A stretch of DNA of 64,000 nt from assembly GCF_002868845.1 (NCBI RefSeq), contig NZ_PKUB01000002.1, positions 1,037 to 65,036 on the forward strand. The letters run 5' to 3'. The notes beneath the pieces are model-generated. The model searched no databases, was not told the origin of the DNA, and saw only the letters and a list, made by a program, of their open reading frames with translations. Origin of the DNA: Desulfuromonas sp. (lineage in GTDB: Bacteria > Desulfobacterota > Desulfuromonadia > Desulfuromonadales > BM501). The position numbers and the translations under genes are program-made. How positions within the stretch are numbered: position 1 is the stretch's first letter; each line of letters opens with the position of its first letter. Positions 17,659 to 27,953 of the stretch are shown here, in pieces.

Positions 17659-20600
17659 TTAATAGTTCTCGGCCAGTTCCAGGGCGATGGTCCGGTACTC
17701 GACCTTGAGGCCGGGATCGAGGCGCTCAGCCCGGCCGAAAGCGTCCTCGGCCTGTTTTCTACTCCCCAGCTTGAGGTGGGCCCGGGCCAGGTTCACCCAG
17801 ATGCGGGCATCGCCGGCGTCGAGCCCGGCTGCCTCCTGGTAGGCCTTCTGGGCCTTGCGGTAGTCTCCGGCCAGGAAATGGGCGTTGCCCAGGTTGTTCT
17901 TGACCGCGGCGTTGCCGGGGTCGAGCCGGGCGGCTTCGCCGAACCTTTTGATCGCCTCGCCGAGTTCACCCTGCCGGGCATACTTGACCCCCAGCTGCAG
18001 AAGGGCCTCGAAATCACGGGGATTCTCCTTCACCCGGGCCAGGTAGCGCGAGACGGCGCTCTGCACGACGATTTTCTGCAGCGACTTGAACTCCCCCGGA
18101 AATTCCCTCTCCAGGTCCTCCCAGGCGACCGGATCGGCGCGCCACTCGGACGGGGGGAGACTTGCAGGCTTGAACCGCTCCCAGGCCTGACGGATATCCA
18201 TGCGGGTCAGGCCCCGCCCCTCCCACATCCGGTACGCCTTGCTCCCCGACTCCCAAGCGGTCATGAAGGAAGCACCCACCTCGGTGACCTCGAGGGGAGC
18301 CCAGAGGGTCCCGGCCTGTTCCACCAGCAGCCCCCGGGCCGGCCCCAGGTCAGCGTCCGGGTCGAGCCCCGTGTCGAACATCATAAACATGTGCCCGGGG
18401 TAGGCCAGCACCTGGGTACGGATGCCCAGACTCTCGAGCAGGGCGCAGTACAGGCCGACCAGGTCATCGCAGTCTCCCGAGCGGCGCTCCAGAGTTTCCC
18501 TGGGATACTGGACGTAGTCGACCATCCGGGTGTTGCCGGAGGCCACCTGGTAGGGGTTGCTCGGATCCTGGACATAGGTGAGGCCAAGCAGCCCCAGAGT
18601 CTCGAAGAGAGCCCCTCCCAGGGGCAGAATCTGCTCGGCGGCGGGGACCTGGACGGCCACGCCCCGGGAGAGATCGAGCAGGAGCGGGTCCTTGGGGTTG
18701 ATAAAGGTGGCGAAGCGCTCCTCCACGTCCCAGATCATGCGGTGCTTTTCGTAGAGGTTCAGGGTGTGGTGCCGGGAAAAGGTCCTGTCCTCCCCGTTGC
18801 GAAAATAGCTGGCCCGGATTTCGGTCTGGACGGGGGTGTCTTCGGAGACGCCGAGGATGTTGTTGTTGAAGACAGCACGCAGAGCGAGATCCGCGCCCTG
18901 CGCGGGCGGCAGGTCTTCGATCTCCACCTCCGAGGGGAAGTCCATGAAATCCTTGATGGTGAAAAAGACCTTCAGCCTGGAGATGTGGTCGCTGGTGTTG
19001 TTGGTGACCCGGACCAGGCCGATGCCCTCGTTCTCGTAGATCTTGTAGTTGCTCGAGAAGATGTCCTGCATCTCCAGGATGTAGATCTCCACGGGGGGCC
19101 GGGTGGCGACCGGGGTTGTCACCGTGACCGCCGTCCGTGTGCTCTCCTCGGAGTCGGTGCTGACCGCCGCGACAAGGAAGGTGTAGGCGGTTTCCGGGTC
19201 GAGGGCGACATCGACGAAAGAAGGCTCCCGGGTTTCGCCCACGAGGCGCGGTTCTCCGCCGCCCTTACGGTAGACCGCGTAGTGATCGACAAACTCCTCC
19301 CGGTTGGGCCTCCAGGACAGGGCCACCTCCCAGGGCAGGGCGCTGGCCCTGACATCCCTCGGAGCCGAGGGTCGGAACTTGGTCGCCTTGGCCCTGGCCT
19401 CGTCGCCGGGCGGCCCCTCCTGCCCTTTTTTTGCCACGGCCGTGACCCGATAGGTGTAGGTCAGGCCGGGCTTGACCTGAGCATCCTGGTAGGCGGGGCG
19501 ATACACCTCGGCGATTTTCTCGAACCCCTTCTGCCCGAAGTCGCTGCGATAGACCCGATAGGCCTTCACATAGGTTTGGGGGCTGTTGTCCCACCTCAGC
19601 CGGACCTCCCGCATCCCGGCCCGGGCCGAGATGTTTTCAGGAGACGCCGGGGTATAGAGGCTCGTAAAGCCTTGGATCCGCTCCTCTTCAGGGTCGGCCA
19701 CCCAGAGTTCCAGATCGCTTTGAAGGGCCAGGGAGGTTGGCCGGCGGAACTCGCCCTCCTGCTCCCCTTTGGAGCCGAACTCCCTGAGAAAGGCCCCGTT
19801 GGTGTCGAAAGCCTTGACCGAGCAGCTGCCGGCATCGAGGACGAAAATCTCGTTGCCGTTGGCGGCGACGTCCACCGGGTCGAGCAGCCGGCCCGGCCCG
19901 GAACCCGCCCCTCCGAACTCCAGCAGGGGCACCCCCTCCGCGGAGAAGACCGAAACCACCTTGCGCCCCTCGTCGAGGACGTAGAGGGAGTCCCGGCCGT
20001 CGAGGCTGAGGGCCGTCGGCCGCTCGAAGATGGAGCCCGAATCTTTGCCCAGGGTCTCCAGGAATAGACCGTCGGAGTTGAATATCTGGACCCGGCCGTT
20101 GCCCGTGTCGGCCACGATGACGGCACCGCGCTTGGAGACGACCAGGTCCTTGGGCCAGGAGAAGGAACCCTCCCGGCTGCCCGACGACCCGAAAGCGAAC
20201 AGGGAATTGCCCCCGTCGTCAAGCTTTACCACCTGTTTCTTGGCATGGTCCAGAACCCAGAGGTTGCCGGCGGCGTCCTGGGTGAAGGCGACCGGCTTGA
20301 AGCCGGCAAGTGGGATTTCTCTCTCCACCCGGCCGTCGGCGAGGGCCAGGATCTTCTTCCCTTTCCTGTCGAGGGCGAGAAGGCGCCCCTGGCGGTCCCA
20401 GGCGAGTTGATCGGCGGCCACGGGAAGCACCTTTGTCAGAAGCTCCGAGGTGGGCGGGGGAGCCCTGAAATCGTCGCCGGATTCGGAATCGGTCTTGACC
20501 TGGAATGTCTGGAGGGTCCCCCTCTTGCTGTCGGCCGCGTAGATCTGGCCGTCGCCCCCGACGGCAATGCCACCAAGGGCAAGGAACTGGCCCCGCCCCT

Positions 20601-21357
20601 TGCCCTTGGACCCGAAGGAGAAGAGACGCTCCCCCTCGAAACTGTACTTGACGACCTGGGCTTTCTTGGCATCGGCGACGAGAAGGCCGTCGGAAACCAG
20701 GTCAATGGCCCGGGGATCGCCCAGTTCGCCAATGGCCTGTTGAAACGCGCCGTCGGGACGGTAGACCATGACCCGGCGGTGGCCGCCGTCGGCCACAAAC
20801 AGAAAGCCCCTCCCGTCGATCGCCACGTCGACGGGCTTCTTAAGCAGAGTCTCCTCGGGGCCCTCCGAGCCGATGGAGTGCAGGTAAACGCCGTTGGGGC
20901 CGAAGACCTGAACCCGGCCGTTGTCCCGGTCGGCCACGTAGATCACGCCCCCGTGAACGGCGATTCCCATGGGATCGTCGAACTCCCGCGGGCCGCTGCC
21001 GCGTCGCCCGAAGCGGGAGAGAAGAGACCCTTCCCCGGAGAAGATCACCACCTGCCCGGCGGAGCGGTCGACGACGTAGGTCTGACCCTGGGCCCAGGCC
21101 ACCCCGGTCGGCTTCTTGAGCAGGAGCTTGCCGGCGGCGTCCTTGCCCCCGAGGGTGCGCAGAGTGCGCCCCTCGGCGGTCGCGATCACCACCGTCCCCC
21201 CCTTCTGGACGGTGATGACGTTGCCCGTCTCGTCTAGGGCGACGTCGAGGGGGGTCCCGCAGGAGACCTCCCCGAGCAGATCGACCTGCTGCAGGGCCAG
21301 GGCGGGCGCGGAAACGAAACTCAGCAAAAGGGCCATCGCCAGGTACAGCCTTGGCAT
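17659..21357 (-). CDS. large secreted NHL-repeat / fibronectin-III / transglutaminase-like / TPR protein
   Basis: Internal ATG 21357 is preceded by GGAGGAG and gives a signal peptide MPRLYLAMALLLSFVSAPALA. About 600 aa of NHL-type blades follow (repeated P.GIA/VD..G.IYVAD..N.RVQ.F). Then come two FN3-like segments and a transglutaminase-like core (SGDCDDLVGLYCALLESLG...YPGHMFMMFD). C-terminal TPR repeats close the protein. Confidence 0.8.
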   Translation of the reverse strand: MPRLYLAMALLLSFVSAPALALQQVDLLGEVSCGTPLDVALDETGNVITVQKGGTVVIATAEGRTLRTLGGKDAAGKLLLKKPTGVAWAQGQTYVVDRSAGQVVIFSGEGSLLSRFGRRGSGPREFDDPMGIAVHGGVIYVADRDNGRVQVFGPNGVYLHSIGSEGPEETLLKKPVDVAIDGRGFLFVADGGHRRVMVYRPDGAFQQAIGELGDPRAIDLVSDGLLVADAKKAQVVKYSFEGERLFSFGSKGKGRGQFLALGGIAVGGDGQIYAADSKRGTLQTFQVKTDSESGDDFRAPPPTSELLTKVLPVAADQLAWDRQGRLLALDRKGKKILALADGRVEREIPLAGFKPVAFTQDAAGNLWVLDHAKKQVVKLDDGGNSLFAFGSSGSREGSFSWPKDLVVSKRGAVIVADTGNGRVQIFNSDGLFLETLGKDSGSIFERPTALSLDGRDSLYVLDEGRKVVSVFSAEGVPLLEFGGAGSGPGRLLDPVDVAANGNEIFVLDAGSCSVKAFDTNGAFLREFGSKGEQEGEFRRPTSLALQSDLELWVADPEEERIQGFTSLYTPASPENISARAGMREVRLRWDNSPQTYVKAYRVYRSDFGQKGFEKIAEVYRPAYQDAQVKPGLTYTYRVTAVAKKGQEGPPGDEARAKATKFRPSAPRDVRASALPWEVALSWRPNREEFVDHYAVYRKGGGEPRLVGETREPSFVDVALDPETAYTFLVAAVSTDSEESTRTAVTVTTPVATRPPVEIYILEMQDIFSSNYKIYENEGIGLVRVTNNTSDHISRLKVFFTIKDFMDFPSEVEIEDLPPAQGADLALRAVFNNNILGVSEDTPVQTEIRASYFRNGEDRTFSRHHTLNLYEKHRMIWDVEERFATFINPKDPLLLDLSRGVAVQVPAAEQILPLGGALFETLGLLGLTYVQDPSNPYQVASGNTRMVDYVQYPRETLERRSGDCDDLVGLYCALLESLGIRTQVLAYPGHMFMMFDTGLDPDADLGPARGLLVEQAGTLWAPLEVTEVGASFMTAWESGSKAYRMWEGRGLTRMDIRQAWERFKPASLPPSEWRADPVAWEDLEREFPGEFKSLQKIVVQSAVSRYLARVKENPRDFEALLQLGVKYARQGELGEAIKRFGEAARLDPGNAAVKNNLGNAHFLAGDYRKAQKAYQEAAGLDAGDARIWVNLARAHLKLGSRKQAEDAFGRAERLDPGLKVEYRTIALELAENY

Positions 21358-21471
21358 CAAACTCCTCCATTCATCGTTCTTGCTCTGCCGGGCATCGGGA
21401 AGGTCCCGAGGCGCCCGGCGGATGGGACAGTTGTCTGTTACAGAAGACCAAGTCGCAAATTTTCTCATTCT

Positions 21472-23304
21472 TCACGCCGTTCGCACCGCCGCACCGCGCG
21501 CGGGAAGCGCCTCGGACTGAAGGCCGAGCAGGGCATAGAGGGGCACCGGGTCCTGCTTGCCCTTGACCCGGACCGCCGGCATCGGTTCGCAATGCGCCAT
21601 GTGGCGGATATTTTCGAAGGTGGACGCCGTGATCACGGGACGGTTCCGCTCCCGGCCCTCGCTCTGGATGCGAAAGGCGAGATTGACGGTGTAGCCGATG
21701 ACGGTGTACTCCACCTTCTTGCCCTGGGCGCCGATGTTGCCGGCGATCACCTCGCCGGAGTTGAGGCCGATGCCGCACTCGAGAGGCTCCTGCCCGGACT
21801 GGCCCCAGCGCTTCTGCAGGGACTTGAGGCGCTCGAGCATCTTCAGGGCGCAGCGGGCCGCCAGCTCGGCGTGGTTCTCCTGCTCCAGGGGGGCGCCCCA
21901 GTAGGCGAGGATGCCGTCCCCCATGAACTTGTCCACGGTCCCGTCGTGCTCCAGGACCACCTCGGTCATCGCCGCCAGGTATTCGTTGAGGATCCTGACC
22001 ACCTGGCGGGGAGTGCGCTTTTCGCTGTAGGAAGTGTAGTTGCGGATATCGGCGAACAGGATCGTGACAACCTTGCTGTCGCCTCCGACCCGTGCGAGTT
22101 CGGGGTTTTTCACCAACTGGTCGACCACCTTCTTGGAAACATAGCTGGAGAACATGGCGCGGACCGCCGCCGCCCGGCGGTCCTGAAGCATGAACCGCAG
22201 ATAGGAAATGAGGGCGTAGACCAGGGTGACGGCAAGAAGGGGGTAGACAAGGCTCAACCAGCGCCCGGCTACGAACGCCTCGCCGACGAGCAGGACGCAG
22301 GCGACGGCGATCAGAACGGTGACGGGGAAGGCCACCGCCACCCGGAAGCGGAAGGAGACCACCGAGACCGCAAAACCGAGACCGACAATGAGCAGCAGGT
22401 CGAGAAGGGCCTCCATCCCCCCCCTGCGCAGATAGTCGCCCCGCAGGATGGTGTCGGCCACGTTGGCGTTGAGCTCCACCCCGGGGCTGTTATTGGAGAA
22501 TGGGGTGACCCGCATGTCGAGCAGCCCAAGTGCCGTCGCGCCCACCAGCAGGACCCTGCCACGCAGCTCCTCCTGCCCGACCCGGCCCTCCAGGACGTCC
22601 ACCAGGGAGTAGCGCGGATAGGCCCCGGGCGGCCCGGTGTAGTCGATGAGCATGCGATGCTGACCGTCGGTGGGAATGATCCGGTCGCCGACCCGCACCT
22701 CGTACTCCCCGACCTCGAACAGGCGCACGCCCAGGGCGTCCATGGCCGTCGCCAGCCCCAGGGAGGGAAGGTAGCCGTCCCCCGTCGGAAGGAGCAGGGG
22801 GGTCCAGCGGGTCACGCCGTCCTCGTCCGGAAGGATGTTGATGTGAGCCGAACGCCGGGCGGCCCGGCCGAGGATCGGAAAGGTCCGCCGGACAGCCGAA
22901 ACGCCGCCGTCGGGTGCGAATTCGACGGCAGCCGCCAGGGTCGTCATGTCCGAGCGTCGGATGGCGTCGGCCAGTTCCCGGTCCACCTCGGGACTCTGCC
23001 CCTCGAGAAAGAGCACATCGAAAAGGACCGCCTGGGCCCCGGCCGTCGCGGCGGCGTCAAGAAACCGGCTGAAATGACTGCGGGACCACGGGAAACGTCC
23101 CAGCGCCTCGATGCTCTTCTCGTCGATGGCGACAATGGCCAGCTTGTCCGAGGGGGGCCGCCCGTCCCGCAGGGTCTGCAGGCGCAGATCGAAGGTCTTG
23201 GCCTCGATGCTCTCCAAAAGACCCGTCTGCAGGTAATAGAGGAGGATGACCAGGAAGACGGTCCCGGCGGTGAGCAAAAGACAGATGCGGCACAGCTTGT
23301 CCAC
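21472..23304 (-). CDS. CHASE2-sensor class III adenylate/guanylate cyclase
   Basis: 610 aa. N-terminal TM helix plus a CHASE2-like periplasmic region, then 3 TM helices. Cyclase domain: VTILFADIRNYTSYSE...KFMGDGILAYWGAP...TVIGYTVNLAFRIQ. Confidence 0.85.
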   Translation of the reverse strand: MDKLCRICLLLTAGTVFLVILLYYLQTGLLESIEAKTFDLRLQTLRDGRPPSDKLAIVAIDEKSIEALGRFPWSRSHFSRFLDAAATAGAQAVLFDVLFLEGQSPEVDRELADAIRRSDMTTLAAAVEFAPDGGVSAVRRTFPILGRAARRSAHINILPDEDGVTRWTPLLLPTGDGYLPSLGLATAMDALGVRLFEVGEYEVRVGDRIIPTDGQHRMLIDYTGPPGAYPRYSLVDVLEGRVGQEELRGRVLLVGATALGLLDMRVTPFSNNSPGVELNANVADTILRGDYLRRGGMEALLDLLLIVGLGFAVSVVSFRFRVAVAFPVTVLIAVACVLLVGEAFVAGRWLSLVYPLLAVTLVYALISYLRFMLQDRRAAAVRAMFSSYVSKKVVDQLVKNPELARVGGDSKVVTILFADIRNYTSYSEKRTPRQVVRILNEYLAAMTEVVLEHDGTVDKFMGDGILAYWGAPLEQENHAELAARCALKMLERLKSLQKRWGQSGQEPLECGIGLNSGEVIAGNIGAQGKKVEYTVIGYTVNLAFRIQSEGRERNRPVITASTFENIRHMAHCEPMPAVRVKGKQDPVPLYALLGLQSEALPARGAAVRTA

Positions 23305-23584
23305 AATTGCACCAGAGTTCTATGGGGCGCGCCCCCTGACCCCTTCCTGCAGGGAGTCCGAAGGGCCTTCCGAGAGGGTCAGCCCTCGGCCTTCAACCCG
23401 GTTTTGAACAATTCCTTGGCGAAACGAGCCACAGGGTTTAGAATACCCCTGCCCCGCAACCGAGAACCGGGGGGTGTCGTTATCTTGACCTTTTTAACGG
23501 CCCGGCACCCTTCCGCCTCATTATCTGCTTATGTTTTGCAGGATCAGTGCCGAGGAATAAGAAGAAGGCCTAACCGAGCAACGG

Positions 23585-24646
23585 ATGAAACTCATGAAAG
23601 GTATCGACGACAACCGTTCCCGCCTCGCGGTCCTGCAGCGGCGGAACGACGAACTGAAGACCCTCCTGGAGGTGGGCAAGGTCCTCACATCGACCCTCCA
23701 ACTCGATGAGATCCTCCGCACCGTCATGGAAAAGGTGGGAGGCCTCCTTCGGTGCCGGATCTGGTCCCTGCTCCTGGTTGACGAAGCGAGCGGCGAACTC
23801 ACCTTCGAGATCGCGGTTTCCCCGGCCGCATAACAACTCCGGGCGATTCGGCTCCACCCGGGCGAGGGCATCGCCGGGTGGGTTGCGAAGCACGGGGAGC
23901 CGGTGCTGGTCAACGACGTGCAGAAGGATCCCCGCTTCGCCCGCGAGGTGGACCGGGCGGTCTCCTTTTCCACTCACTCAGTCGTCTGCGTCCCGATCAA
24001 GAGCAAGGAAAGAAGTCTCGGGGTCATCCAGCTCATCAACCCCCTCGGAGAGGGGGAATTCGGAAAGGCCGACCTCTCCATCCTTTCCTCGATCGCCGAT
24101 TTCGTAGCCATCGCCATCGAAAACGCCCGCAACTTCGAAAAGATCAGCGACCTGGCAGTCACAGACGACCTGACGGGGCTGTTCAACGCCCGCCACTTCC
24201 ACTCTCTTCTCGAATACGAGATCGAGCGAAGCGCCCGCGTGGGTAGCGACCTGTCGCTGGTCTTTTTCGACCTTGACCATTTCAAGACCGTCAACGACAC
24301 CTACGGTCACCGGTCCGGCAGCAAGCTGCTCGCCGAGATCGGAGACCTGCTCAAAGGATCCATCCGCAGGGTCGACCGGGCTGCCCGCTACGGCGGCGAC
24401 GAATTCGTCCTCATCCTCCCTGCCACCCCCAAGCAGGGGGCCTTCGAAGTGGCCACCAAGCTGCGTCGCAAGATCCGGACCCTCGAGTTCCTCACCGAAG
24501 ACGGCAGCCCCGTCGAAGTGACGGCCAGCTTCGGAATCGCCTCCTTCCCCGAAGACGCCGGAGGCAAGGAAGACCTCATCCGGCTCGCCGACCAGGCCAT
24601 GTACGAGGCCAAGCAATCCAGCCGGGACACGGTCAGAGGCCTCTGA
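23585..24646 (+). pseudogene. GAF-GGDEF diguanylate cyclase interrupted by in-frame TAA at 23831-23833
   Basis: ORF 23585..23833 (start of the GAF domain) and ORF 23903..24646 are in the same frame. Reading through the TAA gives ...EIAVSPAA*QLRAIRLHPGEGIAGWVAKHGEPVLVNDV..., a continuous GAF domain. The GGDEF domain follows (RYGGDEFVLIL). Confidence 0.85.
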
Positions 24647-24653
24647 GTCCCCC

Positions 24654-25412
24654 CTACAGTTCGTAAACCGCTCCATCCTCCGCCAGTTCCATCTGAGGAA
24701 TGCCCAGGGCGCGGACTTCCGCGGCGATGGCCTCGCGAAAGAGCGGCTTGAGGTGGGTTGCGAGGATGCGGGGCGGCAGGGTTTCCATCTTGTTCAGTTA
24801 CTCGACCAGCAGGCGCGGGGTCAGGTGGCCGGTCAGGCGCGCCACGTCCTCCATGTCGTTGGGAAAGGACACCTCGGCCAAGAGCAGGGACAGGTCCGCC
24901 GCGCCCTTCCATATTTCTTCGGAGGGACCGGTGTCGCCGGTATAGAGGATGGACTTGCCCCCCTTGCGTACCAGGTAGCCCTGCGCCGGAACGACGTGGT
25001 TCACGGGGTAGGCCGTCACCTCGAAGGAATCGAGGTGCACCGTCTGGCCCTCGCACAACTCCCGGTAGGCGATGGCCGGATTGCCGATCAGGCCGAGCGT
25101 GGAAAAATCGGGCCAGATCACGTTGTTCATCAGGTGGGTCTGGACCGCCTGCAGGCAGTCGGCACTGCCGTGGACCTCAAGGGTCTTGGGCCAGCGACAC
25201 AGGTTCAGGTTGTCCGCGAGAAAAGGCAGGGCCCGGGTATGATCGAGATGGGCGTGGGTGAGCAGGACGTGGTTGATGTCGCATTGCTCATGCTCATCGA
25301 GGACCGCCCCGACCGTGCCCGCATCGAGCAGCAACGAACCATCGAGAAGGAATGCCGGCGGCCGGCTGTATGGAAGCTCTGCCCCGCCGCACCCCAAAAC
25401 ACGCAATTGCAT
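24654..25412 (-). pseudogene. MBL-fold class-II-like cyclic-nucleotide phosphodiesterase interrupted by in-frame TAA at 24798-24800
   Basis: ATG 25412 follows GGGAGGGA. The metallo-beta-lactamase motif is THAHLDH. The ORF stops at ...HLTPRLLVE*. The same frame then continues LNKMETLPPRILATHLKPLFREAIAAEVRALGIPQMELAEDGAVYEL to TAG at 24654, which is the expected C-terminus of this family. Confidence 0.75.
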
Positions 25413-25548
25413 CGGTCCCTCCCGCACATCGATGGCCAGATCGGGCCGGGGCGCCCCCCTCCCCTCGGCCAGTCAGCCTCATGAAAAAGTCCCCCCAACA
25501 TAACATACTCCCCGGTCTTCAATAAGGATTTTTTCCGCAGGGAAGGGA

Positions 25549-25959
25549 TCAAGCCGACACCGCCCAGTAGGCCCTCCAACGCTCCCGGACCGCCCCGTAG
25601 GTATAAGGGCCCGGCAGATGACAGCGGACCTCCCCGTCGAGAAGGGTCTCGATGGAAGGAATCAGAGCCAGGCACTGACAGGGACGCTGTTCGGGGGAGA
25701 GGCTGCAGCCCTGCTCCGAGAGGAGGGAGCATCCCCCGGGGCCGGGCTGGGGCGCCGGGACGGGCACCCCGCTGTAATCCCGAAGGGTCAGCCCCAGCTC
25801 GGGCAGTTCCCGGCGCAGGCGTTCGAGAACGACCCGCTCGCCCCCGAAGAAGATCGAGGCGAAGCGGTGAGGATCGGCCCAAACGCCGGGGTGGCTTTGA
25901 CAGCACAGCCCCCGGCACTGACTGCACATCTGCGGATCGAAGGCTTCCATAGAGAACAT
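25549..25959 (-). CDS. YkgJ-family cysteine-cluster protein
   Basis: CSQCRGLCC motif plus later Cys pairs (GGCSLL...GCSL...CQC). Start chosen at the internal Met (MFSMEAF). Confidence 0.65.
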   Translation of the reverse strand: MFSMEAFDPQMCSQCRGLCCQSHPGVWADPHRFASIFFGGERVVLERLRRELPELGLTLRDYSGVPVPAPQPGPGGCSLLSEQGCSLSPEQRPCQCLALIPSIETLLDGEVRCHLPGPYTYGAVRERWRAYWAVSA

Positions 25960-26092
25960 CGGGAATGACGGGAATCTGGTCACGCTCAATCGGAAGATGC
26001 AGGATAACACGGACGCGGCCGCCTGGCCAGGGTATCGCGTCCCGGGGCCGGGCCGGAAGAGTCGAACCGTCTGCGTCCACGGCCTGCCCGGC

Positions 26093-27025
26093 TCATCCCC
26101 CCCTCCCCTTTCCCATCCAGGGCTCCGCCCCCAGTTCCTTCATCAGCCGCGCCACCGCCAGTTCCTTGGCCTTGGCCTCCACGTCCACCGTCGCATCCAG
26201 CCCCAGCCACTCCGTCGGGAAATCAGAGGGGTCGAGATAGTCGGCGTGGGGTTTGGGGGCGTTCCCCCCCCAGCCGTTCCTGGGGGAGGAGACGTGAAAC
26301 CACGGCTCGCGGCCGGCCTCCCGCCAGGTGGCGGCGGCCAGGGCCGTGGCCTCGGCGACGGAAAGCCCGTCTGGATTGCAGCGGTGGTGGTGGACGTCGT
26401 AGACAAGCGGGACTCCGAGAGCCTCGCAGGCCGGCAGCAGGTCGCGCACCGTGTAGGTAACGTCGTCGTTTTCCAGGGCCAGGCGGCCGCGCACCCCGGG
26501 CGAGAGTTCGGCGAAGTGCTTCCGCCACCTGGCCAGGGCCTGGCCCTTGTCGCCGTAGCCGCCGCCACCGTGGAGGGTGATGGTTTCGGCGCCGACGAGT
26601 TCGGCCATCAGTCCCTGGTACTCCAGTTCCGCCAGGGAGCGTTCAACAACCTCGGGGCGCGGGGAGCTGAGGACCACGAACTGGTCCGGGTGGAAGCTCA
26701 GACGCAGGTCGTGGAGCGCCCGGAAGGCGGCGGCCTCTCTCAGCTTGGCGGTGATCGCATCCCCACCGGGCAGGTCCTCCAAGCGGTAGCCGACCTCGGG
26801 ATGGGTATAGCGGGGCAGCAGGGGGGAGAGGACCCGGAAGGCGCCGAAACCGAGGCGTCGCACCGCCTCCAGCGCCGCCAGGAGGCTGGAGGCGTTCTCC
26901 ATTGCCAGCCGCGACAGCTTCGCCAGCCGGGCGCGTCGGTCGAGGCTCAGCAAAGCCTTGGCGGTGGTCGCCCGAAAGCGGATCGGTTCCTCTCGGAATA
27001 TGCAGCACAGGCCGAAGCGCAACAT
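26093..27025 (-). CDS. uvsE: UV damage endonuclease
   Basis: 310 aa. MLRFGLCCIF..., RVLSPLLPRYTHPE, SFHPDQFVVLSSP, TLHGGGGYGDK, LENDD.TYT and YDVHHH blocks characteristic of UvsE/UVDE. Confidence 0.85.
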   Translation of the reverse strand: MLRFGLCCIFREEPIRFRATTAKALLSLDRRARLAKLSRLAMENASSLLAALEAVRRLGFGAFRVLSPLLPRYTHPEVGYRLEDLPGGDAITAKLREAAAFRALHDLRLSFHPDQFVVLSSPRPEVVERSLAELEYQGLMAELVGAETITLHGGGGYGDKGQALARWRKHFAELSPGVRGRLALENDDVTYTVRDLLPACEALGVPLVYDVHHHRCNPDGLSVAEATALAAATWREAGREPWFHVSSPRNGWGGNAPKPHADYLDPSDFPTEWLGLDATVDVEAKAKELAVARLMKELGAEPWMGKGRGG

Positions 27026-27105
27026 CTCCTGCCAACTGTAGCAGAAAAGCGGGGCCGACTTTGCATCTTTCCCCCGAGGGTCTAGGCTTAAAGGGAGGAG
27101 AAGCC

Positions 27106-27492
27106 ATGGCCGGCATCGAGATCACCCGCGACATCTCCGCACCCGCCACGGCGGTCTGGGCGCTGCTCACCGACACCCGCCAGTGGCCCCGCTGGGGACC
27201 GTCGGTGGCGGAGGTGCGCTGCTCCGAGCGAAACATCCGCGGCGGAAGCCGGGGAGCGGTGCGCACCCCCCTGGGGGTGTGGCTCACCTTCACCGTCACC
27301 GCCTTCGAACCCGGACGATCCTGGGCCTGGAAGGTGGCGGGGGTGCCGGCCACAGGCCACCGGGTAGAACCACAGGGCCGGGGCCGCTGCCGCCTAGTCT
27401 TCATCGTCCCCCTCTGGGCCGCTCCTTATGCCGCGGTCTGCCGCCTTGCCGCGGGCCGCATCGCCCGCCTGGCCGAAAGGGCGAAAAGATGA
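27106..27492 (+). CDS. SRPBCC (START/polyketide-cyclase-like) family protein
   Basis: ATG 27106 follows GGGAGGAG. IEITRDISAPATAVWALLTDTRQWPRWGP is the typical SRPBCC N-terminus. Confidence 0.7.
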   Translation: MAGIEITRDISAPATAVWALLTDTRQWPRWGPSVAEVRCSERNIRGGSRGAVRTPLGVWLTFTVTAFEPGRSWAWKVAGVPATGHRVEPQGRGRCRLVFIVPLWAAPYAAVCRLAAGRIARLAERAKR

Positions 27493-27953
27493 GCCTCCAC
27501 CCGAAGGAGGAAAAGGTCATGGAGGAAGCCGTTCGGGAACTGCTCGAGGGGCAGAGACTGGGAGTGCTGGCCACCAGCCTGGAGGGCCACCCCTACACCA
27601 CCCTGGTAGCCTTCGCCGCCAGCGACGACCTGCGCCACCTGGTCTTCGCCACCACCAGCGCAACCCGCAAGTTCGCCAACCTCGAGGCCGACCCCCGGGT
27701 TTCCCTCCTGGTCGACAGCCGCACCGGGAGCGCCGCCGACTTCCGCGAGGCGGCCGCGGTCACCGCCCTCGGCACGGCCGTCGAGGCCTCCGCCCCCGAA
27801 CGGGAGGCCCTCCTCCCGCTCTACCTGGCCAGACACCCCTACCTGCGCGAATTCGTCGCCTCACCCAGCTGTACCCTGTTGCGGGTCGCGGTCCGGCGCT
27901 ACTGCCTGGTCCGCCGCTTCCAGGAGGTGGAGGAACTGTGCCTGGAACCGTGA
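27489..27953 (+). CDS. pyridoxamine 5'-phosphate oxidase-family FMN-binding protein
   Basis: ATGA overlap with the upstream stop. LLEGQRLGVLATSLEGHPYTTLVAFAASDDLRHLVFATTSATRKFANLEADPRVSLLVD is a split-barrel pattern. Confidence 0.72.
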   Translation: MSLHPKEEKVMEEAVRELLEGQRLGVLATSLEGHPYTTLVAFAASDDLRHLVFATTSATRKFANLEADPRVSLLVDSRTGSAADFREAAAVTALGTAVEASAPEREALLPLYLARHPYLREFVASPSCTLLRVAVRRYCLVRRFQEVEELCLEP

